DNA of 64,000 nt, from the NCBI GenBank assembly GCA_051294375.1, contig CM119265.1, positions 23,428,776 through 23,492,775 of the forward strand. The letters run 5' to 3'. Below the pieces are notes generated by a model. That model did not search any database and was not told the DNA's origin. It worked only from the letters and a program-made list of their open reading frames with translations. Made by a program: the position numbers and the translations under genes. The DNA is from Paraspadella gotoi. Taxonomy: Eukaryota > Animalia > Chaetognatha. The first letter of the stretch is position 1. Every line of letters starts with the position of its first letter. Of the stretch, positions 40,501 through 53,900 are shown in pieces.

Positions 40501-43368
40501 GAATTCGTCTTCACCTCTAGCGTTGAGTGCAACATGTCATTTTATCAAGGATCTGATGTCCCCACCCTCTCTTGACTTATTAGAAGGCTATTGTTGAAAT
40601 ATGTCGTCACTCGCCTCAACTGTTTGTAAAATTCTATTTCAAAAAGTTTATTCTGTGATTTATATAAAAAAAAAGTAGAAAAAGCTTATTGCTTCTCTTA
40701 AGGCAATATAATTAATAAAATTAAGAAGAAAAAAAAAGAAAACTCTGGCAGATGAGGTATTTTTTCAGTGTTAAACTAGTCTTGTTGTCATCCATTTATT
40801 CTTATTAAATTTAACTATAATTTTTTTTAAAGCAGCTCGGCCTGACCGTGAAGCATGAGTGCATGAATAGGCAAAAAGACTCAAAATTGCTGTAAGAGTG
40901 CATCAAAGTATGAAAGGCTTCATATTCTTGTAAAATACATGTATATTCATCCATACCTTTTAGTGTTTTAAGTTGTCTGTTTTATGTCAACTTTACTGTC
41001 ATAATACATCTACTCAAGAGGTGTTTCATGGTAGAGCATTCTCTCGCTCTTTTGACGTTAAGACAAACGTTTTTTCTTTTAAGTGTGTTACTTTGTTCAT
41101 AGTTTATCTTGACAGTTCTTAAAAAGGTATTGGTCTATACTGCAGTTAACTGAGTTGATAACATTTTTTCTACTTAAAGGCTGGGAAATAATTTATAATT
41201 ACCCACTTCGCTTATATAAATTAACTATAAATATCTCCAACAGAAATAATTCGTTAAATGATCTGTAAGCTATTGCAAGATATTTAAACATTCAAGAATC
41301 TGCCTACGAGAAACCTAATCAAACCGGAAATCTGTCTTTTTTTTGCAAAGACTACAATGACATTGCAAAATGAGCAGAAACTTTTAAAGATTTTGAATGT
41401 TTCGAGTTCCTTCTTAATTAAGGGCATGTATTTTCGTATATCTATAATTGCCATATTATGCTTACTCTAGTCTTAATTATAGAAACGCACTCATGTCAGC
41501 AAACATGAGTAAAACATATTTATCTTTGTTGCCAAACCACGCACAAAAACCCGTTTATTCCATATTATGATTATCGTTATTGAATGCTGCTGTTATTTCA
41601 TCCGCGTCAAAGAAATATTTACTTGAAATTGAAAGCCTTCAGCGGATTTCTTATTATTTTGATAAATTTTGAGGCATTTCTTATGTATCTCTTTCGTCTT
41701 AATTCAAATTGGCTAAAAACCTATTCAAAATTTAGTTTTTCATGTTTTAACATGGTTCGCAGATACATAATTCCGTCCTAATATAGTATAACTCATAATC
41801 TAACTCAAATGAAAATGTAACTTAATTTCATTCATTTGGCAAAGCTTTTTATAAAAGTAAGATTTTTTTCTAGAAAAACAGCTAGTATGAAGCAATAATA
41901 TACATATGTATGTTACAAATGTTTTCACATTTAATTTTTTTTACCCAATTTTAACAAAAATTTTCTTCCAACCAAGATTTAATCAATAAAATTGGTCCTC
42001 CACCAAACAAAAAAAATATTTATTCCAGTTTTTTCTGAATTTATTTCATTTCCATTTTCGGTGAAAACCATAAAAAAGTACAATATAACACATCAAAGCT
42101 AAGTTCTAAAATCACGCCGTAATATTGGAATTAAACTAGTCACCTGTTGAATTTATCAATAGCTCTTCATACATTGATTTTGAAATTTTACAGCCCGTGG
42201 CCTACAACCACCAAGTTGGTATCTCGTCCATGTTATATCTGCGAACTTGATAAATATTAACTGTTAAGATAAATATGAATACGGCATGCGATATTGATTT
42301 GTAAGCACTCTTTCAGTAAGGACTGCAGGAAAGGGTGCTTCATTTCTCAGTCATGGGCCCGGCGGCTTTTTTGAATCAATGTGATGCGCAATCCAATTCG
42401 ATTTCTTATTAATATGATTTCACTTTTTTTTAATGTTTAGATAATTCTACATGTTTTTTATCGGATTTGCTTTGTGAATTTCGCTTAACTAAACATGAAA
42501 AAACCCATTTAGTCAAGGACGTGCAAAAGGAGTGATTTGCAGTTAGAAAGGTTCGATCTGCCCAATTTTTTAAAGAAAAAATTTAAATTTGAGTAATAAA
42601 AGCCATTCAGACTTCAAAGAGTTTTAAATGTTTCATCTTATTACATATATCACATCATTTAAAAATTAGTATTTTGTGAGAACGTCTAAGAGCGATTCCA
42701 GGAGGGGGTGTCCCGGTGCTCGTGTTGATTACGACGAGCCCGGCAATCCTCTTCACGCCCCTGTATTTGGGTATCAATTTTCATTCACTTAAGTCCAACT
42801 TTTCATCGTTTAATACAATTTTTCCGCGAACCTTAATCCCACCAATTCAAAAAGAGAAAGAATTCGGTTCTGCTTTTAATTGCCTCACCATTCATTTTTT
42901 GAAAGATACCTGTGCTGAAACATGTGTGTCGATTGTCCCTACTTTTTTTAATAATAAAGAAAATTTAAAAAAATTTAGGCGATTTACTTATGACTTTCCT
43001 TGTAATTAGTTTAATTTATGATCTTCTTTTCAAACTAATTAGCTCCTTTTGCTTCATGCTACTACTTTATTAAGCTAAAATGGTAAAAAGAATAGAAATA
43101 AGTATTAATATTTCCACATAGCCCTGATTGAAGAGGAACACTTTTTTTGGTGACAAATGTGAAACAACAACGTATTTGACTCAAAGATGTGATTGAGAAG
43201 AACATATCGAGGAAAGAAAAAAAAATTTAAATTGACGAGCATGTGCAATAGCCAAAACTGATGAAGAAGAGGACAGTACATTTTTAAATGAAATTTTAGG
43301 GGAAAGGTAAAGGACTTGATGGCCATCCATTTATTTAAAACAATAGAAACAATAAGTACCCTTTTCGT

Positions 43369-45457
43369 CTACTTGTTGCAGTAGAGATCCTTCAAGGATT
43401 TCAGCTCCTCAATAAGAGCCTTGTTCTGATTCTCCAAGACGGCCACCCGATTTTCCAAGCATCTCACGTACTCTTTTTTCTTCCGACGACACTCTCGCGC
43501 AGCCTCGCGATTCTTGAAGAGTCGAACCTCGCGCTTCCGCGACGTATCCTCGATCAACCTGTCAGCGGAAATGAAAAGCGTCTCACGAAAAAAAAAAATT
43601 TTAACAGCGAAACTGACAAAAACGGAATCACCGACCTGCCCGTGATATCGGCATCCGACGCTAATTGGAGCCCCGCAGACGTCATTATTACCCGCTGTCC
43701 GCCAATCGGCAGGGCGATGCTAGAATGCGACAGGTTCTGCACCTGATCCGCGCTTGACGAGGAGACGACGATGCCCTCGGATGAAGAACTACCGCCGTAT
43801 TGCACCAGAGTGTTGGGGGACTGAAAATGATTACAAAAATACAATATATTATTATCCTATGTTAATAATTATTCTCCTGGAAATATTGGGTTGTTTTTGT
43901 ACCGGTGGCGACAGTTCAGTGCTCAGACCTAACGAGCTTGCTGGGATCACAGTGAGCTGTCCAGACGCAGTTTGCACTGCCACCATCCCTCCACTCGTGG
44001 TGGACGTCGCCGGAGAAACAGAGGCGCCGGTCGCAGAGGGTGGAGACGAGAGACCGACGATTCGACTGTTCGTCACTAAAATTTAATATGGATTTCAGTA
44101 GAATACTTATCACTTTTGTCATTTTCTAATGTCAAATTAATCATTTACCAACTGCGTTTGCGGCTATCTGCGTAGTAGGAGACGACGCCGCTGGACGATC
44201 GGCGCTCTCCAGCTCCACCTGACGTCAAAATAACACTTTGAACTCTCTTGAATAAAAAAACGGGGCGCCAGTTCGCCGACGTTTCACCTTCGTCGTAGAC
44301 TCGCCGCTCTCCGCCGCTAGTCCAGGAGACAACTCATTCAAGATCTTCCTGTACGAAGGACGCCGCGATAAGAGCTCGTGCCGCTTGGATCGAATCTCCG
44401 CCGAATCCGAAGCCGATGACAACGAGGTTTGTGTGAGGAGGGAGGTGGTGGACGGGGAGAGGTGGGTAGAGGCGATTGCGGATGGTCGGGAAATAGTGAC
44501 AGTTTGACGGGAAGAGGTAGGGCTGGTGAGTAAAGTGACAACAAATGTAATATCTATGTTGTTCGATTAATTTCTTTAAAAATGTCGCGATACCTAGTAG
44601 GCCGGAACAGGTTGAAAACTAGAAGTTCTCTCAAATAAATAATGGTTAAGTGACTGTTAGAGAATATGAAAATGAAAATAATTTTTAAAATTTAGCTTAT
44701 TGATAAGCACACGGAAGCATTAAAAGATTATTTTATTGCTATATAAAGTTTAAATTTTTTTTTTAAATCTTTTATTTTTTTTTAATAGATTCTTATAGAG
44801 ACTTAAAAAGTTAGATAAAGGTTATTAATACAACTTTTTAAAATTGTTTTGTTTTATTAATAAAAATTTAAAATAAACATAAAATTCAGCCAATATCAGC
44901 CAATTCAGCAACGATAATGATGATGATTTTTTAAGGTTTTTTCTGTTTTTAATCAATTTATTGTTGCATTGAAAATCGATTTAATAATAGAAGGAATTTT
45001 TTTTTTTTGAGAGAACTAGAAGATAAAAAAAGTGTTCAATTTTGGGCCGCCTTAATACCTTGACTCCGCCTCTTCCGACGGAACCTGAACGATTTGATAA
45101 AGTTGCCCATTACTTTCGATATATTGTCCTTGTGACAAACCAAGTTCTGCTTTGATGGGTTTTCCATTGACGGCGTTTGCTCTCGCGTCTTTGTGGGGAT
45201 TCGTTATTGCAACTTAAAACAGAATTTTTCATTTTTAGTACTAAGTCACTAACATGACAATTTATTAAGTAGTGGGTTTTTCGTGTTTTGAGCTGAGAAG
45301 AGATTTTCTGCGAGAACATTCACAAAGTCGACGTATTTCCGCATGTACCTCACTTCGAACACTTTTTCTGCGTAATTCTTACTCTCTCTCCCCTTCAGGA
45401 CCCCCACTTACTTATGTTTCCCTCTTCGTCCATCAATTGGACGGTTCCCCCTTCCAT
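43369..45457 (-). CDS. CREB1: CREB/CREM/ATF1-family bZIP transcription factor, ~350 aa, 7 coding exons
   Basis: Exons 45457-45412, 45212-45059, 44522-44288, 44218-44149, 44075-43903, 43820-43636, 43558-43369, all phase-consistent. KID domain LLSRRPSYRKILNELS (Ser133-equivalent) and bZIP RKREVRLFKNREAARECRRKKKEYVRCLENRVAVLENQNKALIEELKSLKDLYC. The first exon is less certain. Confidence 0.96.
44220..44227. promoter_or_regulatory. Full CRE (TGACGTCA) inside a CREB intron, overlapping the 3' splice acceptor
   Basis: Minus strand reads TTTTGACGTCAG|GTGGAG. Confidence 0.35.
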
Positions 45458-45473
45458 AATTTGCGCTCGGACG

Positions 45474-45557
45474 CGTCAAATGACGAGCGATGATGACGAA
45501 ACGATGACGAATTGTGACGATTTTCGATGACGTAGTAGAACAAGATGGCGAGTGACG
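45474..45557. promoter_or_regulatory. Cluster of seven half-CREs plus a YY1-like CAAGATGGCG in the CREB 5' leader / CREB-AMPKb divergent region
   Basis: CGTCA at 45474; TGACG at 45481, 45494, 45505, 45515, 45528 and 45553; CAAGATGGCG at 45541-45550. Confidence 0.4.
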
Positions 45558-46631
45558 ATGGCGATCCCGAAGACGGAGCAGACGGGGGCCAGAGAGAGAG
45601 AGAGAGAGAGAGAAAGAGACAGTCATGTCGATGAAGCGAATAGAGTAGAGTTCAGTGTGGAAGCGGAGAATGAAAAATACTCAAAACTTACGGCGAGGAA
45701 GATAAAAAAGAATATTTAATATATCCCCCAGACACGTTAATTATTTTTTATCACGCTAATTAAAAAAATATTTCTCGATTAAAGCGATTAAAATTAACAT
45801 TTAAATATTTATATTATTATATTCTATATTATGGGTGAAGATCTTTTGTTCGACATCTAAGAAGAGGAATGAGGTCTGGCGGATTCGTTCTCGCCCAGTC
45901 TTGCGCCTGCATCCTTCGCAGAACCCAGTAAAGGTTATTGTCTTTTTTCTTTTCAATTATTACTTAAATTTGGGTGTGAAATTGGTACAACCAATACAAA
46001 AATTATCCATTCATTTAATAAATAAGCTATCTTGCCGATGACTTTGGACAGGCTTTGGTAGTTAAACTTTAAGGCCTCCATCACATATTGATGAAGGGAA
46101 ACTCTGCCCTCAATAGCCGCAATCCCTCTCCCCTGACTCCAGATGTTGACGGCGTCGTCGATCACGAATTACTCGTCAACTCTCGAACTCATCTGTTAGA
46201 CTTTTTCTGTGATAGGTTAATTTTGTGATTCTTCTTATCTTTCTTTTGTTCGGCTATATTTTGATTGTTGATGCCCCTTTTGGACGATCGTACTACCTCA
46301 TATATTGTGTTATTACTTAAATTTTGCATTGTTCCGTATTAAAATAACAGTCATGGTTGTTATTCTACATTATTCTATATTACGAAATCGTCTCCCAGCA
46401 TCTACTCTTACAATTTTTTTATGTAAAAGGGCTTAACTGTCTTTTTCCTGGAGGTCATCCTTATTTTGCTAAAATTTCATTTGCCATTTTAACTTCTTTC
46501 TTTAAATTACGTTATTGGCCACCGTTTTGCCCATAATAAGAACCGAGTTACCCATCACTTTTTCATATTTCTTTTCTTCAAATAAGAATAAAAATTATTG
46601 AATAACAAGAAATCTACGGAACATCCCCGCG

Positions 46632-47528
46632 ATGGGAAACACCCAAGGGACGCAGGGGGACAAGCTCGGCCGCGACGGACAACTGGACGGGCTAAGCCCG
46701 ACTCATCGGCCCGAAGGCGACGTCTTCGACTTCTCCAAGAAAAAGACCCTGATCGACCAGGGAAGTTTGGAGGACGGGGAAGATCCGATCTCCCCGGCAC
46801 GTGACCCTCTCGCCGCTGACTCCATTCCCGTAGCCGCCGGCAGGGAAGAGTTGGAGCCCATGCGTCCGCGCGCTTCCACCATCTCTCCCGGCGCCACGCT
46901 CCACAAAAGCGCCCTGCCGACGGTTTTCCGCTGGGAGGGCGGGGCCGCGACCAAGGTATACGTCAGCGGCTCTTTCGACAAATGGCAAAAGAAGGTCCCG
47001 CTGATCAAGAGTCACGGGGACTTTTCCACGATCATCGAATTGCCGGAGGGAGAGCACCAGTACAAGTTCTACGTCGACGGAGAGTGGCGTCACGATCCTA
47101 ATCTTCCCACCTTTACCTCTCCTTCCGGCGCCGTCAGCAACATCGTCAACGTCAAGAAGACGGACTTTGAGGTGTTCGAGGCGCTGGCCATGGACTCCAT
47201 GGTGACTCACCCGACGGGCGGAGACAATCCTCGAGCCCATCACCTGTCCGGCGGGCATTCGCCGCCGGGCAGCTACTCCCAAGAGATCCCTTCGCGCCGC
47301 CCGTCGGAACGCCACGCAGCGCCTCCCACGCTGCCGCCACACTTGCTAGAGGTTATCCTCAACAAAGACACGAACGTGAGGTGTGACCCGGCGTTGTTGC
47401 CGGAGCCTCCTTCAGTCATGCTTAATCACCTCTACGCTCTTTCCATCAAAGACGGAGTCATGGTGCTCAGCGCCACTCATCGTCATAAAAAGAAATACGT
47501 CACCACGCTGTTGTACAAACCTATTTAA
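46632..47528 (+). CDS. PRKAB1: AMP-activated protein kinase beta subunit, 298 aa, intronless CDS
   Basis: MGN myristoylation start; glycogen-binding domain PTVFRWEGG...VYVSGSFDKW...KSHGDF...LPEGEHQYKFYVDGEWRHDP; SPPGSY; C-terminal PPTLPPHLLEVILNKDT...DPALLPEP..VMLNHLYALSIKDGVMVLSATHR.KKKYVTTLLYKPI. Confidence 0.98.
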   Translation: MGNTQGTQGDKLGRDGQLDGLSPTHRPEGDVFDFSKKKTLIDQGSLEDGEDPISPARDPLAADSIPVAAGREELEPMRPRASTISPGATLHKSALPTVFRWEGGAATKVYVSGSFDKWQKKVPLIKSHGDFSTIIELPEGEHQYKFYVDGEWRHDPNLPTFTSPSGAVSNIVNVKKTDFEVFEALAMDSMVTHPTGGDNPRAHHLSGGHSPPGSYSQEIPSRRPSERHAAPPTLPPHLLEVILNKDTNVRCDPALLPEPPSVMLNHLYALSIKDGVMVLSATHRHKKKYVTTLLYKPI

Positions 47529-47975
47529 CTAAAACGTCAGACTGTCTATGGGAACTGTCTATCTTAGAGGCTAAAAGCTAAAAGCTTCGACAAATGTTTC
47601 CTACTTTTGTCAGTTGACAATGATTCAATAGCGCGTCGAAGACCACACACTATTTTCGTTAATAGATACACTAGTATTAATTTTCTGATTATATTTAATA
47701 CAGATCATGAGCTTAATGGGAAATGCATGAATGTTAACATTTTTTCAAACAATTTTTTCCATCTTGAATACGAATTTAAAATCTTTTTTACCCCAATTAA
47801 ACCAATTTGACACATACGTGTTTTTTGTTTCGTTTGTCATCACTGGTTGTTCGTGTTTTTTTAATCATAATGTGATAACTTTGTTTTTACGATGCGCTGA
47901 AGTAGTGATGAAGAAATTTTAAAGATCAATGGCACAAAACTACGAACTATCGTTTTGGTTATTCTTCGGATAGCA

Positions 47976-50900
47976 ATGGGGAATTACAGTAGCTCTCAGC
48001 TTTGTCCAAATCCAGGTAATAACGTCAAAATTGAACTTTTTATAATCTAACGCTTTAATACAGTATAGAAAAATTTCTTTTTAGCTTCATTCAGTTTTTG
48101 TTAGTAATAAACACGTTAGCAAAAAAAATGTTCAAGTTGAGAAGAGACTAAGATGAAGTCGTGGAAATAAATAAATGAATTAATTTCAGAGTGCGGTTTG
48201 TACATACCTCATCCGGTTGGAAGTTGCGCACGCCTGAAGCAAGAGCAAGAAAACGCACAGGTTGATCCCTGAGCTTTTAAATTTAAGTTTTTTTCTGACA
48301 TTTGGCTCTCTCACTTCTCTCGTATGAACTTCAGGCGTCTTCCGGTTTTCGACATCCATATCCCCGTCGACCTCATAGCTCCTACATTCAAGAAGAAGTC
48401 TCCCAGTCGGCCTGCGCTTCACCCTCTATTGTCACACGTGAATCCGTTCACCACCACGCGATAGCGGGTAATTAGAAAGCTCATTGAAATTTCACTGTAA
48501 CAGAATGCATGATTACTCGGTTGAGTGTCTGAAATTATAATGTTTTTACTGCGTTTAGTCTAGTGTGGTGTATTGACATTTTAGGTTGTATTTACCAATA
48601 TATATATATTTTATTGATGTTATTAGTGAGGTGGAAGTTAATTTTTACCTCGTGTGTGCAGGAACCCTACATTCATTAGCTATTGGTGAGTTTGAGGAAA
48701 TATTGTTATTGAATGATTAAAAAAAATCTTTAACGAAGTAAATCCCATGCGTAAACCTGCTGCTTGAAATTATCGTTAGTCGTGAACCGAGAGCACTTTT
48801 ACGCTTTACGAATGCGTCAACTCTGGTGATACGCAATATTTTTTGGCCTGCATAGTTTTTATCACAACTAATCGTTCCTTAACCACGTCCGTATTTCGTA
48901 TTGTAAACTTTCTTGTCCGCCACACCTTCCCCTTCGCACTTTCGTACTCGAGCACAAAAGCCGCTTCCCCTAACCCGATGTCACTTTGGCCTTTTTCTGA
49001 AGGATCCTCTAGTGTCACCTCTTCACCTTATCGCTTTCGACCCGGACCAGCCTCGGCCTACCCCGGTCGCCAGCCGGGCTTCAACGGCGAGGCCGTCGTC
49101 GAACCCTCCTCGGAATTCGTTGAGGGCGAGAGCGGCCCCGAGTGCCCGGTCTCCCCTGAAGAGTTCCCCCGTGACCCGGGCTCCAGCTCCTACGTCAACT
49201 ATCACTCGACGCAGGGGCGTTCAATTTGCTCGCCCCGACGAGGCATTCGGCCCAGTGGCTCTACTCACTCTCTCTTCGAGGATGCCGTCACTGTTTGTCG
49301 AAAGGTGAGATGTTCGAAGCCTAGTTAGAAACAGAGAAAAGGTAAAAGAAAAGATGCTCAGAAACGCTTTAATTTTGGTCAAGGACGAAGAGGAGATAGC
49401 CGAGGCGAACGAGAAGCGGGGCATTGTCACGCGAGGGGAGTACTTCAGCAGCTCGCGCTACAGCTCGAGACGAAGTTCAGCCGTGACGACGCCCGGCGAA
49501 CCGGAGGAAGGATTCTGCAGGTGATGTCATTTTAGAACAGATCGTAACAAAAAATCTGAAAAAAGGGGCATCTTTTGCCTAGAAAATATTATTTCATGGA
49601 TTTATGGCCTTTTTAGTTCTGGGTCTAAATTAAGTTTTCAAAAAATGGCTTCATTACTTTTATTCTTGATTTAATCCCCCTTAAATGATTAACTTCCCGT
49701 CTCAGGCTCGGAGCAAGGTATGAATTTCTCGTAGTTCTCAAGACACAATCAAAGAAATGACACATCTTTGCATGTTCTCTGCAGATTCTATTGTAGAACC
49801 TAAATCTTGAAGCTGCTTCGGCTGAAGTTTTTCGTTTTTTTTTTGTTATAACATTTTGTTTTCAAATGAGCTTTAAAATTTTGCGTTTTTCGCTTGTACA
49901 TTCAAACTATTTCAATTTAAAAAAAAATTTATGACACATTTTCTTGTTTACAGTCCAAGGCGTACTTTCCGACCCGCGAATCAACGCTCGCTCGATGGGT
50001 GCGACATCTTCGCTGCAATTCAGGTTATAATTTTATGAAAATGAAAGTTTTTTAAGCAAGATCGTTCCAATTTTAAATCTACCTCACTCACTTTCGTTAA
50101 AGAACTTAAGTGAACAATATGAGACCTCCGACTGGGTGCTTAGTACCACCCTCCCAAAGAATGAACCAGGTTTCCCTAAAGAGATCTAAACACAAGGTCC
50201 CAATCATTAAAATCGGATTAATTAATGAAATAGTAAGTGTTTTTTTTTTTTTTAATTTGTTTGCCATCGGCGCGCGTACCATTGTTGGTGTTATGTTCTT
50301 GACACGATTTACAAAGGCTACCTGTATTTTTCTCTCCGATTGCACTGTTTTCTGAACTTTGATAAAACCAAGTTTTTTTTCTCGCAGACTTAAGGATTTT
50401 GTAGTGACTGCTTTTCCCGGGTCCTTTCAACAAAATGATAAATTTTTGTCGCCATACAAATACATTGAGATTCGCAGGTGGACAGCATAGAATTGCTGAT
50501 ACATGCGACGGCGTATTTCATAAATATAAACGTACCTCGAAGAAGAGTTTTGCTTCGGTTTCGCTTCATTAATTCCGTTCTTAATCTACACCGACAGGCG
50601 TTAAACGAACTGAAGGAAGCCGGCGAGGTGGACCAAGTGCACGAGTGGGTCAACGAACAGGGAAGGTTACAACGAAGATTGAAAAAGGCGCGTCCTGGAA
50701 TCGGAATTGTTGGTCCTTCGGGGGAAGAGTTTTGCGGATTGGCCACGGGTAAGTGCATTTTTTTTATCGATTTTTATCTTTTGTCCACTGGCCGTCAACT
50801 GAATTCCTCATAAAATTATTTTCAAACAGTCGAAGAAGCAAAACTGGTCGAAGGGGGCGATTCCTCGACGGCTCTCGACAAGCTCGTCGACGAGAAAGAG

Positions 50901-53900
50901 CATCTCCTCAGCACGGGCCTTACCCCGCTCGATTCCAGCAGCGGCGAAGTCAGGTGATATTTTGCTCCTTCAGGTCGAGTCGCTGTTATTGTATGTGTTC
51001 GACATTATTTGAGGGGGGGGGGACTCTTTCATTGTCCATGCCTGAATTATTTTGTTAAATTGCGAATTTTTATTACTTCGATTATCGTCCGTGCTTACAG
51101 TCCTCCTGACGACAGCACTGCTTCAGACGATGAGCAACCCACAATTACGGAAAGGTAGAAGAGTAGTATGATCATGAATCATGATATATATTACTGTTTT
51201 TATCACCTGTCTCAATTTATGCACCACGGTACATTTTTTTAGCCGATAAAATTTAAATATGATACTTTAGAATATAAATTTTTAAGTAAAATGCATGCTC
51301 CATGACAAGTTAAACTTACCGAGTGTTTCAAAAATATTAGTTTCATCCTGTCAGTTGAAATTCTATGAAGTATCTTTCTTGACGTTTTTGGTTTTTGAAA
51401 CATGCGGTTTCATCCATAATCGTCTTTTAAAGATGTTTGGTCATGGGCAGTCATTTGCTCAAGGGTTATTTTTTCTTTCTAAACTTCTTCAAAGTTTTCG
51501 CAATTGAGGCAATTGATCCAAAATAAAAATATTAACTAAAACTTTCTAAAAAACTAACTAAAACTATTACAATATGCATTTTTGTACGGTTTCCAGTCAT
51601 TTTGAAGCTTCAATCGAATAACCATCGTCAATTTTGTTAAAATTTCAGTGAACTTGAGTGAATAAATGCCCATGCTTGGCGTTTAGGTCTCATATAATTT
51701 TTAATTAATTACAAAACTTTAATCGCCTTATTCCCTTTAATCATAATTTTTTGTGAGTCATACAAATTACAAAATATATATCATCTGGTACATCATCTCT
51801 CTCACTTGTCGTTTTCTCAGTAATTGATCAATAATCATTCCCACTTGTAAAAGATAGGCCTCGCTTTTCATCTTCCTCATGTCTCGTCAGACCCGCGGGA
51901 CTGGAGACGGACGACATCGGCGTCGTGTTTCCCCCCGACGAACAAACGAGCAGATCCAACATTCACGCCGACACCAGCACCCCCCTCTGTCACAACGATA
52001 CAGATACAACCCTCGTTGAAGCCGATCACAGCCGAACCCCTCTCGAAGACCAACTCAGAGGTCTCATGAATTATTGTTTTTAATAATAGTCTTAAATATT
52101 GTTCTATTCATAGTAAAATCATTAACTAATAATTGGCTCATGTTTGTCTATTTTTACAGTACGCTATGAATTTCTGTTCGACAGGTGTAGAACCGCCGTT
52201 GTTTTCGGTGGGCTCCGGCGGATCATCGAACAGCGACGAAGAACCAATGGACTGCATGGATTCTTTGGCGATGGAGATTCGACCAGGGGAGGAAGGTGTC
52301 GTGGATCTTTCCGAAAAGGTAACGCTATGCTTCTCTTCTCTCGACGAGAATATTGGATTAAATCTCTCATTATTTTTATTCCCTATCTATCGAACCTTAG
52401 CAACCCGCTTATCCTTCACTTCGGACCGAAGGAATGATTTATACCAAATTTCAAATTTAGACTTTATTTTTAATTCTTGCCAATACCAAGGTATTAGTTT
52501 AGCCACAACGCGTGGATTTTCCTTGGATTTTGCTTCTCTAATTAACGATTTTTTTAAAAATTCGTTTATGTAAGGATGCCTTTATGAGGCAATTGAAGCG
52601 CTTCTTATTTCGTTCAATCTATTCAGGATGAGCCAGAGGGCAATCTTCCGCCTCGCTACAATTCCCAAACTCCCTATCACCAGCATCCGGGCCACTTGTT
52701 CGCCGAGGAAAATTTTCTTCAAAACCAATCTCAACCCTTTCCCCACTCGGTGGCCGAGGCCTGCGGCAATTCCAACGGTTAGTCGGACGTCGATTTCGAC
52801 CGATATTGCTCTTATTTCTCTGTACCTCTTGTTGAATTATTTTTTATTTCTTCTTGATTTTAGATGATGGTAGCCCGTTGATGGATACCTCCACGTCTTC
52901 TGCCAGACATCATTCGCCTGGGATGTTGAGTTGACCTTTTGAACTCTTTTTCGCTTTGCCACAAACGCGATTCGGAACCTCTCTTCTAGCTAATCTTTCA
53001 GTTAAATTCTGTCGACGTGATTCATCATAAAAACGCTACATCGATCAAGTGTATGTCAATCACGACGATTCTTTCAGTTCTTTCTTCCATATTCTATGAT
53101 TAATATATTTTATTAAATTAAGGTACTAGTAACTCTAAGCGCAAAAATTTTGTGATTTTAATTTTATTGGCTGAGCCGTCATAATCTTTATTGATGTATT
53201 TAAGGTCACTCGTAGATCTCATTTCATGTTTCATGTTTCAGTTATTCGCTAGAGAAGCCCCAAAATATTTATTTTACAATTTCACTTCTTATACAGCTAT
53301 CTGATTAATTTATTGTCTCATTATACTGCATAATGTAATAATATTGTACAACTATAAGAACATTCTTGTTTCGCATTCGTTTCGAGATTGTAATAAGATT
53401 TACTAAATTGTTTACATTCTTTTGTTGTCCAGCGAAGTTGTAAATAGTATATTCTAGTGACACAAAAACCAGACTACCATGGCAGACGGTGCCGAATCTG
53501 CAGTACTTCAGGACGGGGCGACATCGTCGACGGAAGTGGGCGAATCGGCGAATTCCGTCGCGTCCCCTCCTTCCCTCTGCCCTATCTCCCTTCTTTCCCC
53601 GCAGTCCCCCTTTCCCCCTGGCGACGCTCGATCCCCTCGTCCTCCATCTAACTCTAGCGGCGACTCGGACAGCGAGACCTTTATCTCCGCCCCCGAGGAT
53701 TTCGACGCCGTCGGCACCGCCGCGTCGCCCACGACGCTGGAGGCTCGTCTGGCTTATGCCGTGCGAATCGGAGAGGATCCGCCGTCGCCCTCCCACGTGT
53801 TCGGAGACCGAGCCTCGCCTTCTGTTTCCTTTCCTCCTCTCTCACTTCCATCCGCTCCTCAACAAATCGCCCCTCCCAGCTGGCGTGCTCAAGGAGCCCG

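Noticed and set aside
48186-48422. Minus-strand 78-aa ORF
   Set aside because: Antisense to phase-consistent plus-strand exons of the orphan gene
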